Made by a program: the position numbers and the translations under genes
The notes under the pieces: model-generated
Seen by the model: the letters and a program-made list of their open reading frames with translations, nothing else
Database searches by the model: none
What the model was told of the DNA's origin: nothing
Assembly: GCA_027604505.1 (NCBI GenBank)
Contig: JADIIX010000165.1
Coordinates: 1-42,506 of the forward strand
Length of the DNA stretch: 42,506 nucleotides
Source of the DNA: Gonapodya sp. JEL0774
Taxonomy: Eukaryota
Direction of reading: 5' to 3'
In this document: positions 23,932 to 35,418 of the stretch, in pieces
How the letters are laid out: each line of letters begins with the position of its first letter
Numbering within the stretch: the first letter of the stretch is position 1

Positions 23932-26872
23932 TTATGATGCAGACTTTTCCTCCGCAGCACTGGCAGCGCTTTCCGCATGGCTTCTTTGAGTGTCAGCTTT
24001 ATCCGCTGCGGCATACTTAATATCCCATAAATTCACGTTCATTGGTGGGGACATCTACAAAATTCGAATCACGGTCAGCTCTGTTTCTTGATCCCGTGGG
24101 GAAGAGCTGTACTCACCTTCGTTCGATTGTACTTGTCTGTGGATGTTTCGCAACGGAGGTAGGTTGATATCAGAGAACACCAGAAAGTAGAGGGACAAAT
24201 TGCCCTTTCACTGACCGATCGTAATTTTACTGTAGGCAATCCAGAAGTACTTCTTTTCTCTGCTGTTGTTAAATGTAGCAGATTCAAAGTACTGCTTGAC
24301 CTGTAACATCTGTTCCTCTTCAAGCACGTCTTTGTGGATGCAGTTCGAGTACGATGAAGTTCGAGGTAGAAAGATATGGCATCACAGCAAAGGAGCGTGG
24401 TTGTAACTCAAAAGTGTAAGAAACAATTGCGGCAATAAAGTTATGGACCATAACTCACTGTACTGCAAGTCCACTTTAACGAGTTCCTCATCCTCAACAA
24501 ATGCCTCGGCGAGTTTCATGACAGCTTGGAAGCTCATGTCGACACCTTCGAGAGAGAAAATAGAATCAAACATATTTTTGCCATAATCTTCCCGAAACTG
24601 TCGATTTTGGGACCCTCACTCCGCAAGTTCAATGACTCGAGCCTTGAGTTTACCTTGATGGCTTCGGCGAGTTCGAGTGTACCCTCGTCAGAGATCAGAG
24701 GGTTGTCTTCAGCAACATTTGTTTGAGAACGCGTCAGTCCCGGTCAGCATGAGCATGCAGATTGCAGTCCGCCATACCGTAAAGCGATAGGAACCTGACG
24801 GTTTCATTTTTCCGAAGGGCATTAGAAAGAGCCTTCAGAGATATATCTGACACATTGCATGCTGCAGGAAACATATTTATTTGTTTGGATTATAGAGTCT
24901 GAGGTGAAGAGGAATCAGAGGAACAGACCTACCTGCAAGCGACAAGTTTTGCAAACCACAGTTATAATCTTCCAGCGCTTCGGCAATATAATTTGTTCCC
25001 TCATCACCAATCTCGGTATTGTCTGAGAGAAAAGGGCAGAGGAATAAACATCTTAACGTCCTCCACGAATAGCATTGCTCACATGAAAGCCTCAGAACAG
25101 TGATCGGGAACTCTTTCGGAAGCTTAATAGCATTTGCAAGATATCGGGCTCCAACAGCCCCAATTCTGTTATCTTATTGATAGGAACAAAGAATAAGGAG
25201 TGGTTCGCACCTCAAAAATAGCAACCACCCACCTGCGAAGTACAATTGCTTCAAGGACCAACTCTTGTTCTTCTCGAGAGCGTCCACTAAGAATTGGATG
25301 GACTCGTCGTTGATTCCTTTGCCTGATAAAATATTAGTGTCAAATGAGTTCAATAACCACAATCACGAGACCAAAAGAAACCCACCTTCCAATTCTAAGA
25401 TGTTCACCGTTGCGAACCGTCGGAGAGCCTGGCATGCGACTCTAAAGTCGGCCGAAGTAAACGTCCACTCTTGATAAAGAAAATGAATGGCACGAGATGA
25501 ATGGCACGAGGTCTTGCAATGTCGGTGAACTGAAATATAGCATCACAAACCAACTTTTCAAGTCCGGGAACTCCTCGAAGCGCATTCGCTGGATTGCTTC
25601 TGGAAGTCTGACATCGGCGGGTAAGTCGAGTTGCCCCCTGACCTCCTTGTGGTATTCTTCCAGTCCCAGCAACATTCTGGGTGTGGGATGAATGAGCGGC
25701 GCGGGATTGATCACTTGGTGCATACAGTTGCAGGGGCATCTTCATTCCATCAATACGCACTGCTTGTAGTTTGTTTCCATCGTCTTCATGGTTTCCCTGT
25801 GATTAGTGTCCAATTTGTCCATCGTGCTGAGTTGTAGCTTCAGCATTTCGCCAATGTTGCCCTTAATCTCTTCAGTATCTGCCCGGATCTGCTCCAAGTC
25901 ATCTTTGATATCAGCATCCAGCTGTTCCTTCGTGTAAGCGAGTGCCTCCTGAATGCTCGCCAGACCCTGCTTGACGTCTGTCGCGACCATTTCTGCAGTA
26001 GATTTCACGAGCGCGAGGGTCAGAGTCTTCATGTCGTCGTCCAGGGAGGAATGAAACCCTGATATAGCGTTGCGGCAATTCTTGCTGCCCATGAGTTGCA
26101 TGGTCCAGCTCTTTTTCCTTTCTTCGTCGAGGAAATCGAGAATTGCCAGTAACTTCCTATGGTTTCGGAGGCGGGAGTGGTTCAATTGAGGGGCTCATCC
26201 GAGGCCAAGCGTAAGTTGTGGCAGAGCAAACACGTACTTCATGAAGTCTCTGCAAAGAATTTGCAGATTTAAATCAGGGAGTTTAGGCAAGACGGGACCG
26301 GAAAACTTCTCAAATCGATCGAAGAGCACTTTTTGACGTTCCTTCTTTGATGCTCTGAAAAAATTGACTCTTAAACATTTCGGGAGAATGAAATCGCATT
26401 CAGTGCAAAAGCAACTGACCGTCTGAGTTGGCCGAACATTGCTCGGAGCTCACTGATCATTTTCGTCTGTTCATCGGCATGCACCTTTGGGTCCGCCTTC
26501 ATGATATCTCTCGATTGCACATAAGTGCTAGACAACGCTTTCTCGTTCATCGCAATAATTAGTTTGCCTACGCGCATCGCAAGAGAATAGGCAGCCGCTT
26601 TGTTCTGCGCGGTGTGGTGTTAGGGAAGGGAGGTAGACATGGTAGTGACTACGTGACGGTCTCACCTGTGAGACAGAAAGGGCCGCATCATAGATCATCA
26701 GTCCAAGGTTCCACACTTCGGATACCCCTGGGAAGGGCACGATGGCAGCCAAAGCAGGGATGATCTTGCCAGCAAATATATCTCGGACCCAGGAGTTTAG
26801 TTCGGGAATCGAAGCAGGCTCTGGTTCCGCTTTGATCCTATTGAGGACTTCATCAACACCCGTGGCGCTCAT
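23932..26872 (-). CDS. Protein with N-terminal MLKL-like four-helix bundle, coiled coil and RNI-like leucine-rich repeats
   Basis: N-terminus VPFPGVSEVWNLGLMIYDAALSVSQ|NKAAAYSLAMRVGKL...SWTMQLMGSKNCRNAISGFHSSLDD, then a coiled coil. LRRs follow: GINDESIQFLVDALEKNKSWSLKQLYF; NRIGAVGARYLANAI; EIGDEGTNYIAEALED..GLQNLSL; ISDEGTLELAEAIKVNSRLESLNL. Ends AEEKSAS*. Confidence 0.75.
25483..25510. repeat. 14-bp perfect tandem duplication, probably intronic
   Basis: atgaatggcacgag x2. Confidence 0.8.
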
Positions 26873-27458
26873 GGTGATGGGATATAGCAGCTGAAATCGT
26901 GGGTTTGTAGAAGCCCGGACGATCCGGGAAATCGGGATCTCTTAGTCAAGGAAACTCGTGCATTTGGAAGCCAGTTACTTCAATAACCGACCTACTGGAG
27001 CGGGAAGAAGAAAACTCCAACGATGCGTCCGAGATGGGAGAAATGGGTCGTGAAGAAACAAGGGATTCAAAGGGCTTAGTGTGACCACGGGACCGAGGGC
27101 ACAATAATGTTGCGCCCACAGCAGTCACAGTGCAGTCACACAGCATTTCCGTGCTTGGCAATGCACGAATATTTCCATGTCAGTTTAACGCCAAGATGCG
27201 ATGCCGCTTGCTAATCCATTCGATGCCCAAGGTCCATATCAAAGGCCTGTCATCATTGATCACTCGCAAACAAATGCGCTTTCCTGTGTTGTGAAATTGC
27301 ATCAAGCATCTTATGGTCTCTACGTATATCAACTAACTGATCTATCCTTCTGTCAACTATGTGATTATATAATCTTGTGCCATTTGTATGGACAAAACCT
27401 TTGGATGGGAACAATTCATTAGACCACCAAAACTTCGGAAGTTGGAATCGTCCGAAGG

Positions 27459-29837
27459 ATGACAATCAACGAGAAGGAGATTGAGCAACAGCAAAGTGCG
27501 GGAGAAGTGGGAGAAAACTCGGATCTCCATGGTGGCAGTAACGGGATGATAGCATCTGTGGATGGACACGCAGAGAAGACAGCGCTTTCACCCCAGCAGC
27601 GGGAACCTGCAAATCTGGTCACTCCCTGGATTCGGTTCCGTCGACGATTTCTTTTCACGTTCGACCTTAATGGTGAAATTTTTGTTATTTTGCTCCCGTT
27701 CACTTCCGATTACTGATCACGTTACTACAACATAATACCACCAGAACCAGAATCTCTCCCACCAATAGATGGGGCTGTTGCGTGGCTTGTTGTCACAGCA
27801 TCTTTTGGGGCTCATTTTTTCATGTTCGGATTGTCTTACTCGTTCAGCGTCTATCAAAGATACTATGTGTCAGAAGCGTCCCCGTTTTTTGCTACTCCTG
27901 CTGAAGCTGCCGCCTCGAACTCTCTCGTCTCGTGGATAGGGAGTGTTCAGGTGCTTATCTGCGTTGTCGTACCATGTAAGGTCGCTTCCTGGTACTCACA
28001 CAGTGTCATATTCCCTCGGTAGGCGTGTTGCCTCTTCCTCTTTTCTCCCTTGACTGGGCGATTCGCAGACTTATACGGTTATCGACCCGCACTTTACCTC
28101 GGGCTGGCAGTCCAGTTCATTGGTCTTTTCACTGCCAGTTTCGCCACCTCTGTAAATTGATTCGAGCGTAAAGCAACTCTGGCTGACTCCACAATTCACA
28201 TATGATTTTATGTTCTTTCCAGATACCCCATCTTCTTGTAACGCAGGGCTTTCTCTACGGCCTCGGCATGTGCATATCGTATCCTCCATGTGTCGGTGCG
28301 GTTGCCCAATGGCATAAAAAGTTTCGAGGGGTGGCGGTAGGACTAGCAGTGAGCGGCGCAGGTATTGGCGGTTTTGCGTGAGCAAATTTGCATGCCTGGC
28401 CGCAAGTGCGACTGTTTGCTGACCACGACGTGCTCGCAGGATCGGTCCTCTGGTTCAGGTCCTGATTGATGGTGTCGGATTCCGCAACAGCCTTCGAGTC
28501 GTGGCCGCAATAGTGGGTGGTGGTGGCGGCCTCTGCGCCTTTATGATAGTACCCCGCCAACGGGCAACACCAAAGAAAGGCTTTTTTGATTGGAGGATGT
28601 TTAGCGATGTGAGTGATGATGGTGGTGATCTTGCAGGGGCTAAATATGTAACTGTGGATATCCATTTTTGGGGGCACCAGTTTGTATTTTTGAGATTTTG
28701 CATTGCGGGTTTCCTCTTAAACTTTGGGTACAATGTATGTGGTGAGAAACTTGTCTGCCACCCAACTTCGGGAATCTCAAAGCTATTCCCACTAGATCCC
28801 GTGGACATTCTGCTCAACAGTGAGACTCGGCATCGACACGCTCTTTTCCGTTGAGTGCATATTTCATAACCTCTTCCAAACAGTATGCGTCTTCGCTTGG
28901 GTACTCTGCAAGCTTGGGTGCTCTGGCTGTCGGAATCCTTAACGGTGCCAGTGCTGGCGGGAGAATTCTCATGGGAATCGCCAGTGACATGATTGGGTGA
29001 GCGGAAAGTCGAAAGGTGCATCTCTCGTGTGTTCTGCTTATTGCTATCCCGTACAACAACTCCTGTGTTCATGAGCAGTCCCCTCAATGCCATGGTGGTG
29101 ACCTTGACAGGCGCGACCATCTCCGTGTTCGTAGTCTGGTCGTTTTCGTCAAACTACGGAGCTCTAATTGCGTTCTGCCTGTTGTACGGCTTCTGTGCTG
29201 GGGTAAGATCTGGATTTCGAACTGCGAATCGCCTTTGCGTGTTGTATAACCCTGCGAAACTGACAGGGCTTCATCTCTTTGACCCCGGTTGCCATCACGT
29301 CTGTGTATGGCGTCGATGGAATCGCGACAAGGATGGGGATGTGAGTATGCGATTTATCACAGCATGAACGACTGATGATCATCCACGCTGGCCCTCCTTC
29401 GCTAGGTACTACGCTGGCCTACCATGGGGTTTGCTGGTCAGCCCACCTATAGCCGTGAGTCATGATGCTCGCATTTTCAATATCGGAGGATCTTCAATCG
29501 CCTTACTGTAAAGGGCGCCATCTTGGACCGTAATACTCGTGTTTCCCCCGAAGGCACCAAGGTACAAAACTGTGAGTGGTATGAGTGTGCGCGCCTCTGT
29601 CAAATGACAAAACGAACGCTTAATTACTGGACTTTCTCAGACATACCAACCATCATGTTCTGTGTGAGTACTTCAAGATCCACGTTTGGTGGTGTTTTGT
29701 TCCATGCGGACTGTCCACTTCCTCACACCCCCGATACTTTGTCATCCGTTCAGGGAGTGTTTCTCGCTTTAGGGACTCTCGGAATGGCCTGGGTGCGCTT
29801 TGAACGTGCTAAATGGCGCTTAGTTGGCAAGGCGTGA
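27459..29837 (+). CDS. MFS transporter, monocarboxylate porter (MCT/Mch) family, multi-exon
   Basis: PPIDGAVAWLVVTASFGAHFFMFGLSYSFSVYQRYY; GRFADLYGYR; VAQWHKKFRGVAVGLAVSGAGIGG; GILNGASAGGRILMGIASD; multiple TM helices. Confidence 0.88.
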
Positions 29838-30175
29838 TGTGACGTTTGAGGGGAGAGCTGGAACGACGAGCAAGCACACCTTGCATTCCGCATCGACTCT
29901 ACCACCATTGTGATCTCGGACCGACGTCGAAGACGAAAAAGAACCAATGTAGTGACACGCACCGTATGGATACTCCACGTTTTCTGGCAATTTCATACAC
30001 TTTACTGTGAAAAACACAAAGGAATTTTGGGGCAGGCATCGCTTATAGTAAGAAATTTGTGTAACCAATTACGATTATGTGACCAAGGAATGATGAACAT
30101 ATAAGGACCAGTCTACCGTCGAAAGTACTAAACGAAAAGTGTACACGTTTCCTGTCCATTCGGGGCAAATTGTCT

Positions 30176-31505
30176 TCACAGCTTTGCCAACAACTCGTCC
30201 AGCACCGCATTCACTTGATCTGCTGCGTCTACCATACTATTATGCCCACTCCCTTTCAAAACCACAATGTCTCCAACCTTCCCATCGGCCCCGACAACCA
30301 CCCCCTTCACCACCTCGGCCCCTTCCAGCGGAGTCACCCGATCCTCTTCGCCCACGGCGATCACCACCGTGGCGCCCACCCCAGCCATGCGTTCGTACAC
30401 CCCCTTTTCAGCCCAATCCATCCCCGCGACAATTCTCTTGAGTGTGTCAGTGCGACTGGACAAGTTCCACTCCAGCTGTTTGGCGCGGACTTCGGGGCTC
30501 GCCTGGGCAGACACAAAACGTGTCACGGAAGCTGATGCGGCGCCGCCGCGACGGTCGTAGAGGCGCCACAGGTCGATGAGAATCGTGGGGAAGTACGAGA
30601 TGGTAGAGAGCCGTGCTTGGGTTTCCTGGAGTCAGGGGGAGGTCCGGAATGATAAATGTGCTTGCGGTTCGTCCAGCCTCGTGGCTGGACAAAATCCAAC
30701 ACCGTTTGGCTGTTGTGACTGAATATTCTACCTACCTTGTTCAGAGGCTTCCCTGGTCCAATCAGCACCACCGCCTTCACCACGCCCTTCACCCACGCAT
30801 CCAGCTCCGCCGCGACCCAACTTGCCACCACTGTGCCGTATGAGTGCCCAACAAGCACGATTCCCTTATCAGCTCGACTACCGTATGCGATCTTAATTGA
30901 TTCGACGGTGTCCTTGACAATCTGCGAGGTACGGTAGCTGGGATAGTCAGAGGGGCGAGAGGAGAGTCCGTGGCCGACGTTGTCTATGGCGAGAACGGGG
31001 TGTTGGAGCTTGGTGGAAATGTAGGCGATTTGGGAAGCGAACTGGGTGACTTGGCCACCAAGGCCTGGGACAGGAAGACGGGAACAAAAGGACAGTGGGT
31101 GAGTAAAGAATACTACTTTCCGCAGTGGTGGGTGGTTTCACTGAATTGAATCCAAAGTCTCTAGGAATATATAGAAACTGCTGTGGATTCCCACTTGTTT
31201 CTCCAAAGTCACAGCGAACTGCCAAGCTCAACAGCCCCAATCAAGAATGATCATTCAGGCACTTGAAGCGGAGGCCTACCATGGATGAAAACGACAGCCG
31301 GTTTTGACGAATCGAAGTTACCGATCTGGACAACGCGAAGTTTTATTGTTCCATCGCGAATGGTGATGAATTTTGAGTTTGTTGTTATGACATCTGGCTC
31401 CTTGACTTGGGGGTAGTCATAGTACACGTAGCAGAGTGTAGCTATCCCCGCAGTGACGCTGGCAGCGATGGGGATGGCGTATGAGGAGATAGAGTGGGAT
31501 GACAT
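30176..31505 (-). CDS. Alpha/beta-fold hydrolase with an N-terminal hydrophobic anchor and C-terminal AKL
   Basis: VVFIHG|LGG oxyanion region; VLAIDNVGHGLS; nucleophile elbow LVGHSYG; acid VGEEDRVTP; His in GSGHNSM; ends ELLAKL*. Confidence 0.9.
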
Positions 31506-31934
31506 TGTTGTGGATTGTGGTAAGGTGAAGAAATGGACGAAAATAATGGACACAGATAACGACATATACCCATCCACTTCCCTCAACAGCACCCGCAATT
31601 GGAATTGGCAGGCGCACTCAAGTTGACTGCAAGTCCTGCTCCTCAAAATTTTGATTATCAAGCAAGATAAGATTGAGCAATAGCGACCCAAAAGTTAATC
31701 AAATCTAAATTATCAACGACACAAGACTGTCGTTGTGATTATTGGACGTGGTTCCTGTGAGAGGTGCAAAGATTTCACGGACCGTTGTTTTAGAGCTGTA
31801 CGAGTGTGTATAGGAAGTCAACGTGCCTCTGAGTTCTCGGCAATGCACGGTCCGAACATTTTATCCGATCGCCAATCCACCTGTAAACATCGCACAGTTG
31901 AAGAAAGCTCCACCGACAGAAACCACACATTCCA

Positions 31935-34900
31935 ATGTCCCCAAGTCTGCCAGAGTCTGCAACTGGCCCATCTTCCCTCAAAGCCAATTCAATTCAACTC
32001 CTCGGACTCGACAATAATGTTCAAATCTTCCGCGATAAGACTGGAATCGCGCACGTGAAGGCAACCTCCACTAGAGACGCTTTTTTCGCACAGGGCTTCG
32101 TTCATGCCCAGGATCGCTTGTTCGCCATGGACTGGGACAGAATGCGCGCCGCAGTATGTTCTGGTGGTGTTCTGTTTGACGGAACCAAATCCGAAACTCT
32201 ACAACCTTGATGCCACCCTTTTGAAATCTCGTCCAACGTCTCTTACAGGGCCGTGCATCCGAATATGTTGGTGAATCTGCCCTCATGGATGATGTGCTGT
32301 ACCGAAGGCTTGATCTGATCACATCAGCCAAACGAGACTTTGAAATCCTCAGCGCTGATGCGAAAGAAATGCTTACAAGGTCGGTGATACAGCATCTCCA
32401 TCCCTTCCCGCGCAGTGCACAAACTGCTGACCCTCGGTTCTCCAATCGATCCTTCCCCGCCACACCACCGTAAAACCCAACTCCACAGCTACGCCGCTGG
32501 AGTCAATGCGTTTATCGCCCTCGGTGAACTCCCTTGCGAGTTTGCCCTCTTGCGTCTGACTTCGGTAGCACCTTGGACTCCCATCGACCCCATCGCCATA
32601 TGGAAAGTCCGGCACGTTCTCATGGGTAACGCCGGCGCGAAGTTAGCGCGTGCGCGACTCGTCGCCGCTCTCGGTGTCGAGTTGACTGCCAAGCTCGTCA
32701 CCTCGGTCGGGTTCAACAACTCCTCGGAGCTCATCATTCCGGAGGCAAGGGAGGCAGGGGAACAGTATTCGTACGGACTCGGTGTACTGGAATCGCTCAA
32801 GGATGGATGGGAAGTGGGCTTGAGGGAGGTGATGGAAAAGGGTGTCGCGGGTGGGAGCAACTGTTTCGTCGTCGGTGGGGAAAAGACCCAAAGCGGGAAC
32901 CCTATGCTCGGCGGTGATCCCCACCGGTGCGTTGTCCAATACACAGACCAAGATCTTTTGTTTTGACATTGTTTCGTGAAACCCGCACCCGAAATCACCC
33001 TTTGATCCCCTCACTTCTAGGGGTCTGGACTCCCCCACCGTGTACTACCCAAACCACATTCAGTGTCCCGCTTTCGATCTCATAGGATTCTCTTTTCATG
33101 GCATCCCAGGTGTACAGCATTTTGGGCACACTGAAAAGGTCGGGTGGTGCAGTGAGTGTTGCCCTTTGTGCTGCGGCGGCAACACTGATCTTCGAAGAGC
33201 CTCAATGTGATCTTCGTGTTCTCAGTAACGCACGCCATGACAGACTATCAAGACCTCTACCTCGAGAAAGTTGTCCCGGGCCCGACACCCGGCCCCCACT
33301 ATCTCTCCCACACCGGTTTGCCAACACCATTCACCACCACCACCTCCACCATCCTCGCTCTCGCCAACCCTCCTACCAACCCGCCTTCCTACACCTCCCA
33401 TCCCGTCACATCATACGCCACGACTAACGGGCCTGTCGTTCTGGGAGACCCCTCCCGGGATAGGTACGTCGTCTCTCTCAAATACACGGCATTGCAACCC
33501 AACAAGCAGTTCGAGTGTCACGTAAAAGGCTTGTTCGCAAAGACGGCGGACGAGTTTGAAGAGGCTATGAGGGAATGGGTTGATGTAAGTTGGGACACGG
33601 GTCAGGGGGCATTGTGGAAGTTGTTCAGAGGGTGGAACTAAGTTACTTGTAATTCATTTGATTGTGCGCATTGTCGGGCCTGAACAGAGTTGCAACAACA
33701 TGTGCTATCTTGGTGAGTCGTTGTAATTAGTGTATGTGTGTTCTTGACCGTCATGGCTCAACCCGTTTGCTCTCCCACTCTCAGATCTTGATGGCAATTT
33801 TGGTTACCGTACACGAGGGAAAGTCCCAATCAGGCATTCCCTCAACGGATGGCTTCCAGTAAGTCTTTGTGTCTCCCATGAGGACATACGGATCTCATTC
33901 TTTTACCTGCCCCGCACCACCAGGTTCCAGGCTGGTTGCCCGACTACCAGTGGAAAGGAGAAATTCCATTCGAAGAGATGCCTCATTCAAGGAATCCCGC
34001 GTCTGGTCGAGTTGTGACTTGTAACAATCCAATCGAGGGTACTGGGGGCCGTTACAACCACTATCTGAGCAATGACTACTACCCTCGTGAGCCAGGATTC
34101 CTCTACGTGCTCATTATGATTTAAAGAGTCTAAATCCTCTCACCGCGCACTCATATTTACCTACTCAATCCCATCTCCAGCTTCCCGTGCTGTGCGAGTG
34201 CACCAAATAATGGACTCTGTCGAAAAATCCTCCCGCAAGTTCACCCCGGCCGACTTCTCAACCATCCACGACGATCGTGTTTCAGTTCGCGCACCCGTTT
34301 TTCAGAGTCTCCTATCTTCCCTCCCGCAGTCTTCCTTGGCGGCGCTGTCTGGCGATGCGCGCACACTTAGGGATGCCGTGGTATCGTGGAATGGGGTGAC
34401 CGACAAGGAGAGCTCGGGGGCGGCGGCGTATGAGGCATTTAGGGAGGCCTTGTATTCGAGTGTTATGGAAGATCCAAAAGGACCTTTTGTGAAGGCGGGA
34501 GCGGGTTTGAGGGGGGAAGGTGATTACAACGTTGAGCTTGGTTGTGATGACGAAGGAGTTACCATCTCAAAACATCCTAAACAAATGCAATCACTCAATA
34601 GGTGACCCGGCACATCTCTTCCGGCCACTTTACACGTACTTTTATCGAGTTGTTGACTATTGGATCGAAAAAAATGACGTCACTGCTCTAGCTCCTGGAA
34701 TCACCTGGGAAAGTGTGGCGATCGATGCCTTGCCGAAGGCAGTCGAGTTGGGGAAGAAGGTATTTGGTGGCGAAATTTCAAAATGGCGTTGGTGAGTCTC
34801 GCAATTCGACGATTGTTGGGTCGTTCCTGACCATCCTCACTCACCTCAAATCCGGTGTGGGTGGCAGGGGTTCGGGTCACCATGCTGGTGCGACGCATCC

Positions 34901-35293
34901 CCTCTCCAAATCTTTTCCTGAATTCGCATCGCAACTGAACCAAACACCTTTTGAAATGGGTGGCGACATGGACACAACACAACAAAGTGGGGGCTTCACC
35001 AAAGTCGAATTTTTGTCGTGTGCGCGATACGTTATGATTGCGGACAACGTGCGTGTCCTTTATTCTTCAATTATGTGATCTTTGCTTGCAACTAACTACG
35101 GGGCTGTTTCCTGCAGAACTGGGGCAATTCGACGTGGATTATCCCCGGCGGAACCAGTGGACATCCTCTTTCACCATACTACAACAATCAGGGAGCCCTG
35201 TACGCCGAGAACAAAATTTTGAGAATGTTATATGATTGGAAGGAAATTGAGAGCGAGGCGGAATACAAAAGTACGCTCTTGCCCAAGCACTAA
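31935..35293 (+). CDS. Penicillin acylase / AHL acylase family Ntn-hydrolase (peptidase S45), about ten introns
   Basis: IFRDKTGIAHV..RDAFFAQGFVHAQDRLFAMD; SYAAGVNAFI; beta-chain start G-SNCFVVGGEKTQSGNPMLGGDPHR (Ser at 32856); IPFEEMPHSRNPASGRVVTCNN; IIPGGTSGHPLSPYYNNQ. Confidence 0.92.
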
Positions 35294-35418
35294 ATGTTGG
35301 TGGGAAAGTTGCCCCCCTTTGAACTGGTGGAAATCAACAGCCGCGTTTTATGATAAGCTGCTACATCCGACCATGATTATAATATACTATTTTTCTTCAG
35401 GAGGGCTAATGGATCTCA

